Source: Thermoanaerobaculia bacterium (GTDB taxonomy: Bacteria; Acidobacteriota; Thermoanaerobaculia; UBA5066). From it: a DNA stretch of 64,000 bases. The position numbers were made by a program, and so were the translations under genes. The notes below the pieces were generated by a model. That model saw only the letters and a list, made by a program, of their open reading frames with translations, was not told the DNA's origin and searched no databases. This document shows positions 22,655 to 32,210 of the stretch, piece by piece. Every line of letters begins with the position of its first letter. Position 1 is the stretch's first letter. The DNA is taken from the NCBI GenBank assembly GCA_963816185.1, contig CAWFJJ010000028.1:224001-288000 (forward strand), in the 5' to 3' direction.

Positions 22655-25078
22655 ATGCGAGCGTCGTGGTCGAGGGAGGCGGGGGCGCCTTCGCTGCCCC
22701 TTGCGGGTGGCCTGGCTGCCGGAATTCTCGCGGCAGCCGTTCTCCCCGTGCCGCCAACGCACGCCCTCGGCGCCGCTCTCGTCATCGCATCGGCCGCCGG
22801 GGTCGCCCTGGCAATGCGGAAAAGCCGTGTGCGTGCTTTCGCCGGACTGATTCTCACCGTGTGCGCCGGGTTCTGGAACGCCCGCGAGCGATACCTGCTT
22901 CCTGCTCTCCGCTCGGAGTCCGAGGCGCACGCCGCGCTCGTCCGTGCGCGGGCGGCGGACCCGGCCGCCGACGGAGCTCTTCTCGAAGTCACCGGTCGTC
23001 TCGACGCACCGTGGACCACGAGCGGCTCGCTTTTCAGGACGCGGCTCGCCGTCGAAGCGGCCTCGGCGAACGGGCGCTCGCTGCGTCTGGAGTCGGGTGT
23101 GCCTCTCACGGTCGCCGGACAGCGGGACCCCGCCAGCGTCGCCGAGCTCGGTGACCGCGTGCGCGTGCGTGGCACGCTGCGCCTTCCCGAGGCGGGCGGC
23201 CCCAGCCGTTCTCCGTTCGACCTTCCCGCCGAGCCTCGGCTCGCGCTCAAGAGCGCCGCCCAAGTCGAGCGGCTCGGCCCGCCCAAGGGACCTCTCTCGC
23301 TCGTGGCGCGCGCGCACGCCGCCGTGAAGCGGCGTCTTCGCACGAATCTCGCCGGTGCCACACCCGAAACGCGCGGAGCGCTCGCGCTCCTCCTCGCCCT
23401 CGTGATGGGCGAGACGCAGGACCTGCCCGCGGCGACGATAAGCGCCTTCCGAGACGGCGGAGTCGCGCACATCGTCGCCATCTCGGGATTGCAGGTCGGA
23501 CTCGTCGCGGCGCTGCTCGGATGGCTCGCGCGGAGACTCGGCGCATCCCTTGCCGCGCGCGACTCGTTCGTGCTCGTCGCGACGGCTCTCTTCGCGATCT
23601 TCGCCGGAGGCAGGCCGCCGGTCGTGCGCGCGGCGCTGATGATCGGCCTCTATCTCTTCGCGCGCCTTCTCGGACGCCCAACCTCGGCGATGCACGTCCT
23701 CGGGTTCGCCGCGGCCGTGCTGCTCGCCGCCGATCCCTCGAATCTCTTCGACGTGGGGTTCCTCCTCACGTTCGCGGCCGTGTTCGGCCTGGCGGCGTTC
23801 GGCGTCCCTGCGTCAAGAGCCATGCGCCGGATCGGGATTCCGGGGCTCGTCGCGGACGCCCTCGGCGCAACCACGGGCGCCGAGATCGCTGTTCTCCCGA
23901 TCCAGCTCTTCGTGTTCAACGTCGTGCCCGTCGTGGCGTTCCTCTCGAACCCGTTCGTCGTGCCTCTCTCGAGCGCCTTCCTGTTCGCGGGCCTTTTCCT
24001 CCTTCCTCTCTTGCTGCTATCCCCCGCGTCGGCGGCCGTCGCGATCGTGCCGCTGAGATTCCTGTCGGATGTCCTGCTCGCGATGCTCCTGGCCCTCGAC
24101 CGGCTGCGTGCGGTGAGGGTCGTCCCGACGCCCGCGTTCGCCCTGGTCGCGATCACGGCCGCGCTCCTCGTCGTCGCGGGTTTCGCGCGGCGCCTCGCTC
24201 TCCGGCGCGCGGCGCTGGCCGGGGCGGCGGCGGTCGTCCTCGCCGTCGTTCTCGCCCGGCCGGCCGCAGCGGAGCGGGGCACGGTGGTGCTTCAGGCGCT
24301 CGACGTGGGGCAGGGGGACGCGTGGCTCCTCGTGACCCCCGAAGGCCGCGTTCTCGTGGACGGAGGGGGCAGCCCCGACCGCGCTTACGATTTCGGCCGC
24401 CTCCGGCTGGTGCCGCGGCTGACCGACCTCGGGGCGGTGGCCTTCGACGCCGTCATCCTCACGCATCCGCACCCCGACCACACGCGCGGGCTCCTCGCTG
24501 TCCTGACGTCGCTCCCGGTCGGGCGCGTGATCCTGGCCCGGGCGGCGCCCCGCAATCTCTTCCTCGACGAGTTCGAGGATGCGGCCGCGCGCCGGCACCT
24601 CCTGCTGGAGCGCTTCGGCGCCGGTCAGCGCTTCACGGCGGCGGGCCTGTCCTTCGAGGTGCTGCATCCGGGGGACGATCGATACCCCCGCGCGCGGGAG
24701 AACAACGGATCGCTCGTGCTGCGCGTAGCGCTCGCGGGGCGCACGGCGCTTCTCGCAGGCGACATCGAGGCGCTCGCCGAGAGCGATCTCGTCGCGTCGG
24801 ACCGGAACCTTGCCGCCGACATCCTGAAGGTCCCGCATCACGGGAGCCGGACGTCCTGTACGGCTGCGTTTCTCGCCCGCGTCTCTCCGCGGCTCGGGTT
24901 GATCGGCGTCGGCCGCCGCAACCGTTTCGGCCATCCGGCGGCCGAAGTCATCGAGCGACTGGCCTCCGCGGGCGTCCGGACGTTCCGGACGGATCACGAC
25001 GGGGAGGTTGCGCTCCTCATCGCGGGCCGCCGCATCTTGCCGATCTTCCCCGAGCACCTCGCGCGGGAGGTCCCGTGA
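22655..25078 (+). CDS. comEC: DNA internalization competence protein ComEC/Rec2
   Basis: AHIVAISGLQV, LDVGQGD, THPHPDH, KVPHHGS, NRFGHP. Confidence 0.92.
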   Translation: MRASWSREAGAPSLPLAGGLAAGILAAAVLPVPPTHALGAALVIASAAGVALAMRKSRVRAFAGLILTVCAGFWNARERYLLPALRSESEAHAALVRARAADPAADGALLEVTGRLDAPWTTSGSLFRTRLAVEAASANGRSLRLESGVPLTVAGQRDPASVAELGDRVRVRGTLRLPEAGGPSRSPFDLPAEPRLALKSAAQVERLGPPKGPLSLVARAHAAVKRRLRTNLAGATPETRGALALLLALVMGETQDLPAATISAFRDGGVAHIVAISGLQVGLVAALLGWLARRLGASLAARDSFVLVATALFAIFAGGRPPVVRAALMIGLYLFARLLGRPTSAMHVLGFAAAVLLAADPSNLFDVGFLLTFAAVFGLAAFGVPASRAMRRIGIPGLVADALGATTGAEIAVLPIQLFVFNVVPVVAFLSNPFVVPLSSAFLFAGLFLLPLLLLSPASAAVAIVPLRFLSDVLLAMLLALDRLRAVRVVPTPAFALVAITAALLVVAGFARRLALRRAALAGAAAVVLAVVLARPAAAERGTVVLQALDVGQGDAWLLVTPEGRVLVDGGGSPDRAYDFGRLRLVPRLTDLGAVAFDAVILTHPHPDHTRGLLAVLTSLPVGRVILARAAPRNLFLDEFEDAAARRHLLLERFGAGQRFTAAGLSFEVLHPGDDRYPRARENNGSLVLRVALAGRTALLAGDIEALAESDLVASDRNLAADILKVPHHGSRTSCTAAFLARVSPRLGLIGVGRRNRFGHPAAEVIERLASAGVRTFRTDHDGEVALLIAGRRILPIFPEHLAREVP

Positions 25079-26028
25079 CCGCACCGCGCCCGAACGGCGT
25101 GCTCGCGATCGTGGGTGCGACCGCGACGGGGAAGTCGGAGCTCGCCGTTGCCGTCGCCGAGCGGCTCGGCGGCGAGATCGTCTCGGCCGACGCATTCGCG
25201 GTTTACCGCGGGTTCGACGCCGGGACCGCGAAGCCCGCTGCCTCTCTGCGCGCACGCGTGCCGCACCACCTCGTCGACGCGCGCGACCCGCGGGAGCCCT
25301 GGAGCGCCGGCGAATTCGCCGCCGAAGCGCGAAGACTCGGCGAGGAAATTCTCGGTCGCGGGCGGCTCCCCATCCTGGCGGGGGGGACCGGCTTCTATGT
25401 GCGGGCGTTCTTCGGCGGGCTCTTCGAGGGGCCGCGTCGGAACGACGAGGTGAGGCGCGCTCTCGAGGCGGTGAGGGCGCGCCGCGGAGCGGATTTCCTC
25501 GTTCGGATGATCGCTCTCCTCGACCCGGAGAGCGCGAATCGGGTCGGCGCGGCGGATGCCGCGCGGGCCATTCGGCTGCTCGAGATCCTCCTTCTCTCGG
25601 GAGAGCGCCCGTCGCGCCTCTTCCGGGAGAGGCCGGGACGCGTGTGGGGAAAGCCGTCCGTCAAGGTGCTTCTCACGTTGCCGCGCGAGGTGCTCTATGG
25701 AAGAATCGCGAGGAGGTTTCAGTCCGAGTTTGTGAACGAGCTGCCCGCGGAAGTGCGTCGCCTGCTCGCGGCGGGGGTCCCGCTTGCGGCGCCTGCATTC
25801 GCGGCGATCGGTTACCGGGATACGGCGGCGCTCGTCTCCGGCACGCTCTCCGAGGCCGAGTGGAAGGAACGCGTTCTGCGCGACACGCGGCGGTACGCGA
25901 AGCGCCAGGAGGCGTGGTTCCGGCGCGAAAGCGACCTCATCCCGGTGCGGGCCGACCGACCCGATCTCGTCGAGTTCGTCGCGCGCGAGGCGCGACTTCT
26001 TTTTTCCGTTACCGGCGAAGGGGGATGA
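25075..26028 (+). CDS. miaA: tRNA dimethylallyltransferase
   Basis: GATATGKS, GTAKP, PHHLVD, GGTGFY, TRRYAKRQ; upstream of hfq. Confidence 0.95.
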   Translation: MTAPRPNGVLAIVGATATGKSELAVAVAERLGGEIVSADAFAVYRGFDAGTAKPAASLRARVPHHLVDARDPREPWSAGEFAAEARRLGEEILGRGRLPILAGGTGFYVRAFFGGLFEGPRRNDEVRRALEAVRARRGADFLVRMIALLDPESANRVGAADAARAIRLLEILLLSGERPSRLFRERPGRVWGKPSVKVLLTLPREVLYGRIARRFQSEFVNELPAEVRRLLAAGVPLAAPAFAAIGYRDTAALVSGTLSEAEWKERVLRDTRRYAKRQEAWFRRESDLIPVRADRPDLVEFVAREARLLFSVTGEGG

Positions 26029-26294
26029 CCATGATCGGACCGAGCAAGCCGCCCATCAACGTCCAGGACGGGTTCTTCTATCAGCTTCGCAAGGACAACA
26101 CGCTCGTCGAGATCTTGCTCCTCTCCGAGAGGAAGCGCGTGGGACGGATCCGCCGCTTCGACAAGTACGCGCTGGTTCTCGAGGTGGAGGGACGTGAGGA
26201 GATGATCTACAAGCACGCCATTTCCTCCGTGACCTCTCTGGGTGCGAGCCCCGCCGGGCCCGTCACGGCCCCCGCGCGGACGCCCGCAGCTTGA
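26025..26294 (+). CDS. hfq: RNA chaperone Hfq
   Basis: NVQDGFF, FDKY, MIYKHAISS; miaA-hfq synteny; start may be 26031. Confidence 0.92.
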   Translation: MTMIGPSKPPINVQDGFFYQLRKDNTLVEILLLSERKRVGRIRRFDKYALVLEVEGREEMIYKHAISSVTSLGASPAGPVTAPARTPAA

Positions 26295-27307
26295 CGCGAC
26301 GGCTTCTTCCCGTCTTCGTTCTGGCGGCTGCGGCAATCACGGCCTGTTCGCCGGCGCCGCGGCCCGTCGATCCGTCGTCACCGGAGGTCCGCGCCGCGGC
26401 CTTTGCGACGCGTGCGGAAGGTGAGGCTGCCGACGGGCGTCTCCGCGATGCGCTCGACGCATACCGCGAGGCCTCGCGCCTCGTGCCGGAAGACGGGCGT
26501 TATCGGGAGCGAGCTAACGAGTTGTGCGAGGCGTTCGAGACGTCGCTCCGCGACGAGGCGGAGCCGGCGCTCCAACGCGGGGACTTCCCTTCGGCTCGTC
26601 GCGCCGCCCTCGCTCTCGTCGAGGTGGATCCGGATTCCCCGGCCGGCTACCACATCCTGGCCTCGGCAGCCGAGGCCGAGGGAAAGCTCGAGGACGCCTG
26701 GACAGCTGCCCGGGAGGCACACGAGCGGGCCCCGGCCGATGGCGCGCTCACGGAAGCGCTCGCGAATCTCGCCATGAAGACCGCGCGATTCGCCGAGGCC
26801 GAGGCGCTCTACGGCGACCTCGTAAAAGGCGATCCCGCCATGCTCGAGAAGCAGGCCTCGGCCCGTCTGGAGTTCGAGGTCCAGAACCTGCCGCCCCGCG
26901 CGCGGAAGGCGGTGGCGGCCGCGCGCGTCACGCGCGGCCAGCTCGCGACGCTCCTGGTCACGCTCGTACCCGAGGTGGCGTCCGCCCGTGTGCCGCCGGG
27001 AGCGGACGTTGCGACGGACATCCTCGACCGTCCCGAGCGAAATGCTCTCGTGAAGGCCATCGCGCTCGGTTTCTTTTCCGTGTCGCGTGAGACGCATCGG
27101 GTGGGCGCGGACGTGCCGGTCACGCGCACGGAGATGCCCGCTCACCTTCGTCGCATCGCGGCGCTTCGCGGGAATCCGGAGAACGACTGCCTGGCCGCGC
27201 CTGCTGCTCTCGCCACCTGCGGCATACTCCCGGAGACGGCGTCCCGGCTGCTGAGCGGCCGGGAGGCCTTCGCCGCCATCGACGCGACGCTTCGGCTCAC
27301 CCCTTAG
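26291..27307 (+). CDS. TPR-containing lipoprotein
   Basis: Lipobox-like ITAC; helical TPR-like repeats; SLH-like VTRGQLA/VTRTEM. Confidence 0.7.
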   Translation: MTRRLLPVFVLAAAAITACSPAPRPVDPSSPEVRAAAFATRAEGEAADGRLRDALDAYREASRLVPEDGRYRERANELCEAFETSLRDEAEPALQRGDFPSARRAALALVEVDPDSPAGYHILASAAEAEGKLEDAWTAAREAHERAPADGALTEALANLAMKTARFAEAEALYGDLVKGDPAMLEKQASARLEFEVQNLPPRARKAVAAARVTRGQLATLLVTLVPEVASARVPPGADVATDILDRPERNALVKAIALGFFSVSRETHRVGADVPVTRTEMPAHLRRIAALRGNPENDCLAAPAALATCGILPETASRLLSGREAFAAIDATLRLTP

Positions 27308-27320
27308 TGGAGGGTCTTTG

Positions 27321-28019
27321 ATGATCGTCACGGAGCTCTTCTCGAAGGTCCCTCTCTTCGAGGGAATCTCGCCGGAGGACCGTGCCGCGCTCGCGCGCGC
27401 CGCCTCGCTTCGCACGTACCGCCGCGGCGAGACCATCGTCCAGCAGGGCCAGCCCGGGGACGCGTTCTACGTTCTCGTGCGGGGCCGCGTGGCCGTCGCG
27501 ATCGTCGCGCCGGACGGGCGCGAAGTGGTCCTCAACACCCTCAGCGAAGGCGACCATTTCGGCGAGATGGCCCTCCTCGACGACGCGCCCCGATCGGCGA
27601 GCGTCATCGCCCAGGAGAAGTCGGATCTCGCGATCCTCTCGCGCGCGGTCTTCCTGGATCTCCTGAGGTCGAACTTCCTCCTGACGCGTGCCCTGCTCGC
27701 GGCTTTCTCGGCGCGGCTGCGCCGCGCCAACGCCACGATCGAAGGGCTCGCCTCACTCGACGTGAAGAGCCGGCTCGCGCGGTACTTCCGCGAGCTCGCC
27801 GCCGCGCGCGGACGAAAGGCGGGCGGGGGCTGGTCCGTCGTCGTGCGCCCCTCGCAGCGCGAGATCGCCGACACGATCGGCTCCTCGCGCGAGACGGTCT
27901 CGCGCACGATGTCGCAGATGGCCGCCGAGCAGCTCATCGTCCCGAAAGGCAAGGCCGTCTACGTCAAGCTCGACTCCCCGGAGGCCGGATCCCCGGGCGG
28001 CTCGTCCCGGACCGGCTGA
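27321..28019 (+). CDS. Crp/Fnr family transcriptional regulator
   Basis: FGEMALLDDAPRSASV; HTH SQREIADTIGSSRETVSR. Confidence 0.93.
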   Translation: MIVTELFSKVPLFEGISPEDRAALARAASLRTYRRGETIVQQGQPGDAFYVLVRGRVAVAIVAPDGREVVLNTLSEGDHFGEMALLDDAPRSASVIAQEKSDLAILSRAVFLDLLRSNFLLTRALLAAFSARLRRANATIEGLASLDVKSRLARYFRELAAARGRKAGGGWSVVVRPSQREIADTIGSSRETVSRTMSQMAAEQLIVPKGKAVYVKLDSPEAGSPGGSSRTG

Positions 28020-28031
28020 GGCGCCCGGTTC

Positions 28032-28622
28032 GTGGAACTGCGCCCCTGGACGCTGCCGAACTTCCTCACGTTTGCACGTCTCGCGTCGCTGCCTTTCCTC
28101 ATCATGGCGATCCTCGGCGGGCGGCACGGCGTCGCGCTCGTGATCTTCCTCGCGGCCGCGATCACCGACGTCGTGGACGGCTACGTGGCGCGCCGGTTCG
28201 GCATGGGCTCGCCGCTCGGTGCGTGGCTCGACCCCATCGTCGACAAGTTCTTCCTCGTCTCCACGTTCGTCGTCTTCGCGCTGCCTTCCACGCCGACGTC
28301 CCTCCGCATCCCGGTCTGGCTTCTCGTGCTCACGGTCTTTCGCGACGCGTTCGCCCTCGCGATCTGCCTCGTCATGTTCCTGGCGCTCGGCATTCGCGAC
28401 TTCCCGCCCTCGATTCTCGGAAAGCTCACGACGTTCCTCGAGATCTCGACCGTGGTCGCAATCCTCCTCGTGAACGTACATCGGCTGCCCGCCGTCGTCG
28501 CGACGACGTGCATGCAGCTCGTGGCGGTCTTCGCGACCGTGTCGGGGCTTCACTACTCCTGGCGCATCGTGACGCGCCTTCCGCGCCCCGCGTCCGCGGG
28601 ACCCCCCGCCCCGCGCGCGTGA
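28032..28622 (+). CDS. CDP-alcohol phosphatidyltransferase
   Basis: LPNFLTFAR; DVVDGYVARR...GAWLDPIVDK. Confidence 0.92.
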   Translation: MELRPWTLPNFLTFARLASLPFLIMAILGGRHGVALVIFLAAAITDVVDGYVARRFGMGSPLGAWLDPIVDKFFLVSTFVVFALPSTPTSLRIPVWLLVLTVFRDAFALAICLVMFLALGIRDFPPSILGKLTTFLEISTVVAILLVNVHRLPAVVATTCMQLVAVFATVSGLHYSWRIVTRLPRPASAGPPAPRA

Positions 28623-28891
28623 GAGTCTTCCGGCGTGCGAGCACGGGTCCGCCTCCCGCGCTTCGCCTTCTCTCGCGTTCGGGCTGCCACCTTTGCGAGG
28701 AGATGAGGACCATCGTCGAGCCACGCGTTCGGGCGCTCGGCGGAACGCTCGAGATCGTGGACGTGGACTCGGATCCGGCGCTCGCGGAGCGGTGGGGGAA
28801 CGAGATCCCTGTTCTCCTGGACGCCGAGGGCCGTGTCGTGGCGAAGGCGCGCGACGGAGCTGCGAGGATCGCCCGGCGCTTGGGCGGCTGA
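28619..28891 (+). CDS. Glutaredoxin-like (DUF836) protein
   Basis: SRSGCHLCE, VDVDSDP, IPVL. Confidence 0.8.
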   Translation: MRVFRRASTGPPPALRLLSRSGCHLCEEMRTIVEPRVRALGGTLEIVDVDSDPALAERWGNEIPVLLDAEGRVVAKARDGAARIARRLGG

Positions 28892-28908
28892 CCCGCAGAA
28901 AGGAAAAA

Positions 28909-29106
28909 GGAGCCCGAGGGGCGCCGGTTCCCCCGGACTCCGGTACACCCCGCGAGGGGCCTGCCGGCGGCGGAAATGGCTTTGCGCGTTGCTGTGCGCT
29001 GGTCCTCGGCGGCCCTCCCGAAAACCCGGGACCTCGAAGCTGCTTTCCGGACCCTGCCTGGTGCCTTTCCGGCCGACCCCGCCGTGTTTTCCGGCGCGCG
29101 GGGCTA
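28909..29106 (-). ncRNA. Candidate ~200-nt structured ncRNA (possibly 6S-like)
   Basis: 5' AGCCCCGCGCGCCGG can pair with 3' CCGGCGCCCCTCGGGCT; upstream TTGACT-17 bp-TACTGA; downstream T-tract; no convincing ORF. Confidence 0.4.
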
Positions 29107-29152
29107 ACTAATCAGTAGGGCCGGAATCGCATGGAGTCAAGAGAATAAAAGG

Positions 29153-29233
29153 GAAGATTTCTTAGAAAGTGGATATGCGACGCGGCAATTCGCTGCGCCA
29201 TGATTTCCTCTTTGCCTTTCTAAGAAGATCTTC
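29153..29233. repeat. Inverted motif pair GAAGATTTCTTAGAAAG ... CTTTCTAAGAAGATCTTC
   Basis: Near-perfect inverted repeat of the same motif family. Confidence 0.7.
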
Positions 29234-29267
29234 TCTTTATCTTTCTTCACATTGCCTTCCATGCTCG

Positions 29268-30410
29268 TCACTTTGCCGCCGGCGCGGCCACGAGGATTTC
29301 GAAGCTGCCGGCCACGATCGGTCTGCGCGAGCGCGGATTCCCGGACGTCGGCGGCGGGGGAGGCCCGAAATGCGCGGTCGCGAGGAAGATCGCGTGCGTC
29401 TTCGGGTCGAGGGCCATCGTCCGCGCTCCTTCCTTCGTCGTGAGGTTCTGGACGACGCGAAACGCGTCGGGCGAGTCCTCGTGGATGACGGTCAGGGTGC
29501 CCTCTCCGTTCGAGCTGAAGACGAGGTTCGCGTCGGGATCGAAGGCCACGGCGTCCACCCCCCTGCCGATCGGCAGCTTCGCGACGGCGCGGCCGTCTCC
29601 CGTGCTGAGGACGACGAGGACCTTGTTTCCGCAGCCCGAGAAAAGGCGCTTGGCTTTGACGTCGATCGCGAGACCGGTCGGGGAATCGCAGCCCGCGAGA
29701 GGCCAGTGCGCTTCGACCTTCAGCGTGCGCGCGTCGAACGCGACGATCTCGTTCCTGTCCTCGATGTTCACGTAGACGCGGCCCGCGAGATCGGCGACCG
29801 CGAACTCGGGTTTCCCTCCGAGCGGAAACGTGCCGGCGACGGCGCCGGTCGCGCCCTCGAAAGCCGTGACGTTCGCGGTGCGGCCGTTGAACGTGAAGAC
29901 ACGGTGCGAGACGGGTTCATAGAGGATCGCGTCCGGGTTCTCGCCGGGCACCTTGACGGTCCCGAGCGTGGCCAGCGTCTTCGGATCGAAGATCGTGACC
30001 GTGTTCGCGCGGCCGTTGCTCGTGAAACCGCGGCCGAGATCCGGAGCCAGGGCGATGCCGTGCACGCCCTCCGTGTTCGGGATCTCGCCCTCCGGTGCGC
30101 CCGAATCGACGTTCAGGACGGCGACGTGCGTGCCCCTCGAGACGTAGAGCCGCCGGGCCGAAGAGTCGACGGTGAGGTAGTCCCAGCCGCCCTCTCCGCC
30201 CGCGGCGACCGTGCGCACCACGCGATACGAGGGGTCGGCGGCATTGGCGGCGGCCGCGAAAAAGAGGAAGAGGAAGAAGACGAAAAAGGAGAGATTCTTA
30301 GAAGGGAAGAGAAAGAGAGGGAATTTCTTAGAAAGGTGAGTACGGGCCCTCACGCGCTTCAGGGTCATCATTTTCTTCTCCGCTCTTGTCCTGGACTCTT
30401 TACCTTCCAA
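29268..30410 (-). CDS. YncE-family beta-propeller protein (start uncertain)
   Basis: GGEGGWDYL, VHGIALAP, GARTMALD; 5' end overlaps TTCTTAGAAG motif cluster 30290-30420. Confidence 0.8.
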   Translation of the reverse strand: MEGKESRTRAEKKMMTLKRVRARTHLSKKFPLFLFPSKNLSFFVFFLFLFFAAAANAADPSYRVVRTVAAGGEGGWDYLTVDSSARRLYVSRGTHVAVLNVDSGAPEGEIPNTEGVHGIALAPDLGRGFTSNGRANTVTIFDPKTLATLGTVKVPGENPDAILYEPVSHRVFTFNGRTANVTAFEGATGAVAGTFPLGGKPEFAVADLAGRVYVNIEDRNEIVAFDARTLKVEAHWPLAGCDSPTGLAIDVKAKRLFSGCGNKVLVVLSTGDGRAVAKLPIGRGVDAVAFDPDANLVFSSNGEGTLTVIHEDSPDAFRVVQNLTTKEGARTMALDPKTHAIFLATAHFGPPPPPTSGNPRSRRPIVAGSFEILVAAPAAK

Positions 30411-30449
30411 GAAATCTTCTCTTACTCTTCTCTTCCCGGGGCGCGATTA

Positions 30450-32210
30450 TCAGCCCGTGAGTTTTCGGACGAAGGCGCGGCCGACGAACCGGAACTTGTC
30501 GCCGAGCGGAAACCTCTTGAGAACGGTCTTCACGACGCCCTGCGTGAACCGCGTCCGTTTTCCATAGTCGATCTTCACGTCCACGACGACGGGCCGGCCC
30601 GTGCCGGCGACACGCAGCGCCTCGCGAATGACTTCGTCGATACCCGCGTCGTGCGTCAACGGGATGAAAGCGGCACCGGTCGCTTGGGCGATGCCCTCGA
30701 GCCGGATCTCCCCGAGGACCGTGCAGGTCTTGCGGTTGTACGGAATCTCCTGGCCCTGCGAAATCTGCGAGAGCTCGCCGTCGTGGAACACGAAGAAGAC
30801 GACGCCCGCCTGGTGCGTCGTGGCCGTCACGATTTCGAGGCCCGTCATGAGGAACGCTCCGTCGCCCACGATCGCCACGACCTCCAGGTCGGGTTTGGCG
30901 ATCTTCGCTCCGATGGCGGCCGGGACCGCGTAGCCCATGCAGTTGAAGTCGGTCGGGCTCACGAAGCGGCGCGGCTTCGTGACGGGGAAGAGCTCGGCCG
31001 CGAGGAACGTGTGATTGCCGTCGTCGGCGACCAGGAGGGCGTCGTTTTCGAGATGGCCGCGCAACGACTCGAAGAAACGCGCGGGGTTGACCCGGTCGCT
31101 CTTGCGAGCAAGCCACTCCTCGCGGTAGGCCTCCTTGTCGGATCGGAGACGCATCTCGACTTGCCGGCGGCGCTCAGGGTTTTCGATGCTGCGCTCGACG
31201 AGACGGGCGAGAAGCCGTGGCACGACGGCGCGCGCATCGCCAGCAATCGCGACTTTGGCGGGGAAGTTCGCGCCGAGAACGGCCGGATCGATGTCCACGT
31301 GGATCAGGTCTCCGGGGACCTTGCAGCCGAAGCTTCCCGTCGGAATCTCGGCGAATCGTGTGCCGATCGCGAGCAGGCAGTCGCAACCCGCAAACGCGTT
31401 CTCGGCCGCGGGCACCGCCGCCCGCGAGAAGCCCATGCCCGCATGGAGGGGGTGCACCGCCGAGAACGCCGAAAGACCCTGAAGCGTCGTCGCGACGGGC
31501 GCCCCGAGGCGCTCGGCGATTCGGGCGATGTCGTCCGCGACGTCGACTGCGCCCCACCCGACGAACAGGCCGGGCGACCGCGCCTTTTCGAGGAGGTCGA
31601 TCGCCGCTTCGAGAAGACCCGCCTCGGGCGCGTGCGGCGGCGGCGGCGGCTCGAAGACGGGCAGTTCGTCGACGGTCTCCTGAAAGAGCTGGAGGTTCAC
31701 CGGGATCTCGACGAAAACGGGGCCGGGCACGCCCGACACGGCCATTCGATATGCCTCGTAGATCGCGGGCACGATCTCGGCGTGCGTCTTCGGGCGCCAA
31801 GTCCCTTTCGTCAGGTCCTTGAGGATCGCATGCTGGTCGAGCTCGTGGAGCTGGTAGCGGAAGGGGACGTCGCTGCGGATGCCGCCCGAGATCACGAGCA
31901 TGGGGATCCCGTCGAGGAAGGCCTCGCCGATGCCGCTCATGGCGTGCGTGATCCCCGCCGCCGGCACGATGACGAGCGTTCCGATCGCGCCGCCGCTCGT
32001 CCGGCTGACGCCGTCGGCCGCGAAAGCCGCGCCCCCCTCGTGCGTGACGAGCACGGGCTGGATCTTTTCCGACCGGCCGAGCTCGTCGTAGATCTCCGTG
32101 TTGTGCACGCCCGGAATCCCGAACGTGTGCGTCACCGGAAGCTGCTCGAGGGCGTGCCGCACGAGCCATGCCCCGGATTTCTTGGCGCCGATCCGGATCG
32201 ACTTCGTCAT
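30450..32210 (-). CDS. Thiamine pyrophosphate-binding protein (acetolactate synthase-like)
   Basis: FGIPGVHN, HEGGAAF, MGYAVPAAIGAK, GDGAF. Confidence 0.9.
   Translation of the reverse strand: MTKSIRIGAKKSGAWLVRHALEQLPVTHTFGIPGVHNTEIYDELGRSEKIQPVLVTHEGGAAFAADGVSRTSGGAIGTLVIVPAAGITHAMSGIGEAFLDGIPMLVISGGIRSDVPFRYQLHELDQHAILKDLTKGTWRPKTHAEIVPAIYEAYRMAVSGVPGPVFVEIPVNLQLFQETVDELPVFEPPPPPHAPEAGLLEAAIDLLEKARSPGLFVGWGAVDVADDIARIAERLGAPVATTLQGLSAFSAVHPLHAGMGFSRAAVPAAENAFAGCDCLLAIGTRFAEIPTGSFGCKVPGDLIHVDIDPAVLGANFPAKVAIAGDARAVVPRLLARLVERSIENPERRRQVEMRLRSDKEAYREEWLARKSDRVNPARFFESLRGHLENDALLVADDGNHTFLAAELFPVTKPRRFVSPTDFNCMGYAVPAAIGAKIAKPDLEVVAIVGDGAFLMTGLEIVTATTHQAGVVFFVFHDGELSQISQGQEIPYNRKTCTVLGEIRLEGIAQATGAAFIPLTHDAGIDEVIREALRVAGTGRPVVVDVKIDYGKRTRFTQGVVKTVLKRFPLGDKFRFVGRAFVRKLTG

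Noticed and set aside
23521-26294. Long ORF-track starts for miaA (23521) and hfq (25008)
   Set aside because: Extensions overlap upstream genes and are Arg/Pro-rich noise; real starts are about 25075 and 26025-26031.
29035-29062. SRP RNA
   Set aside because: CAGGGTCCGGAAAGCAGC lacks the canonical CAGG-CCGGAAGG-AGCAGC spacing; kept only as an unnamed ncRNA candidate.
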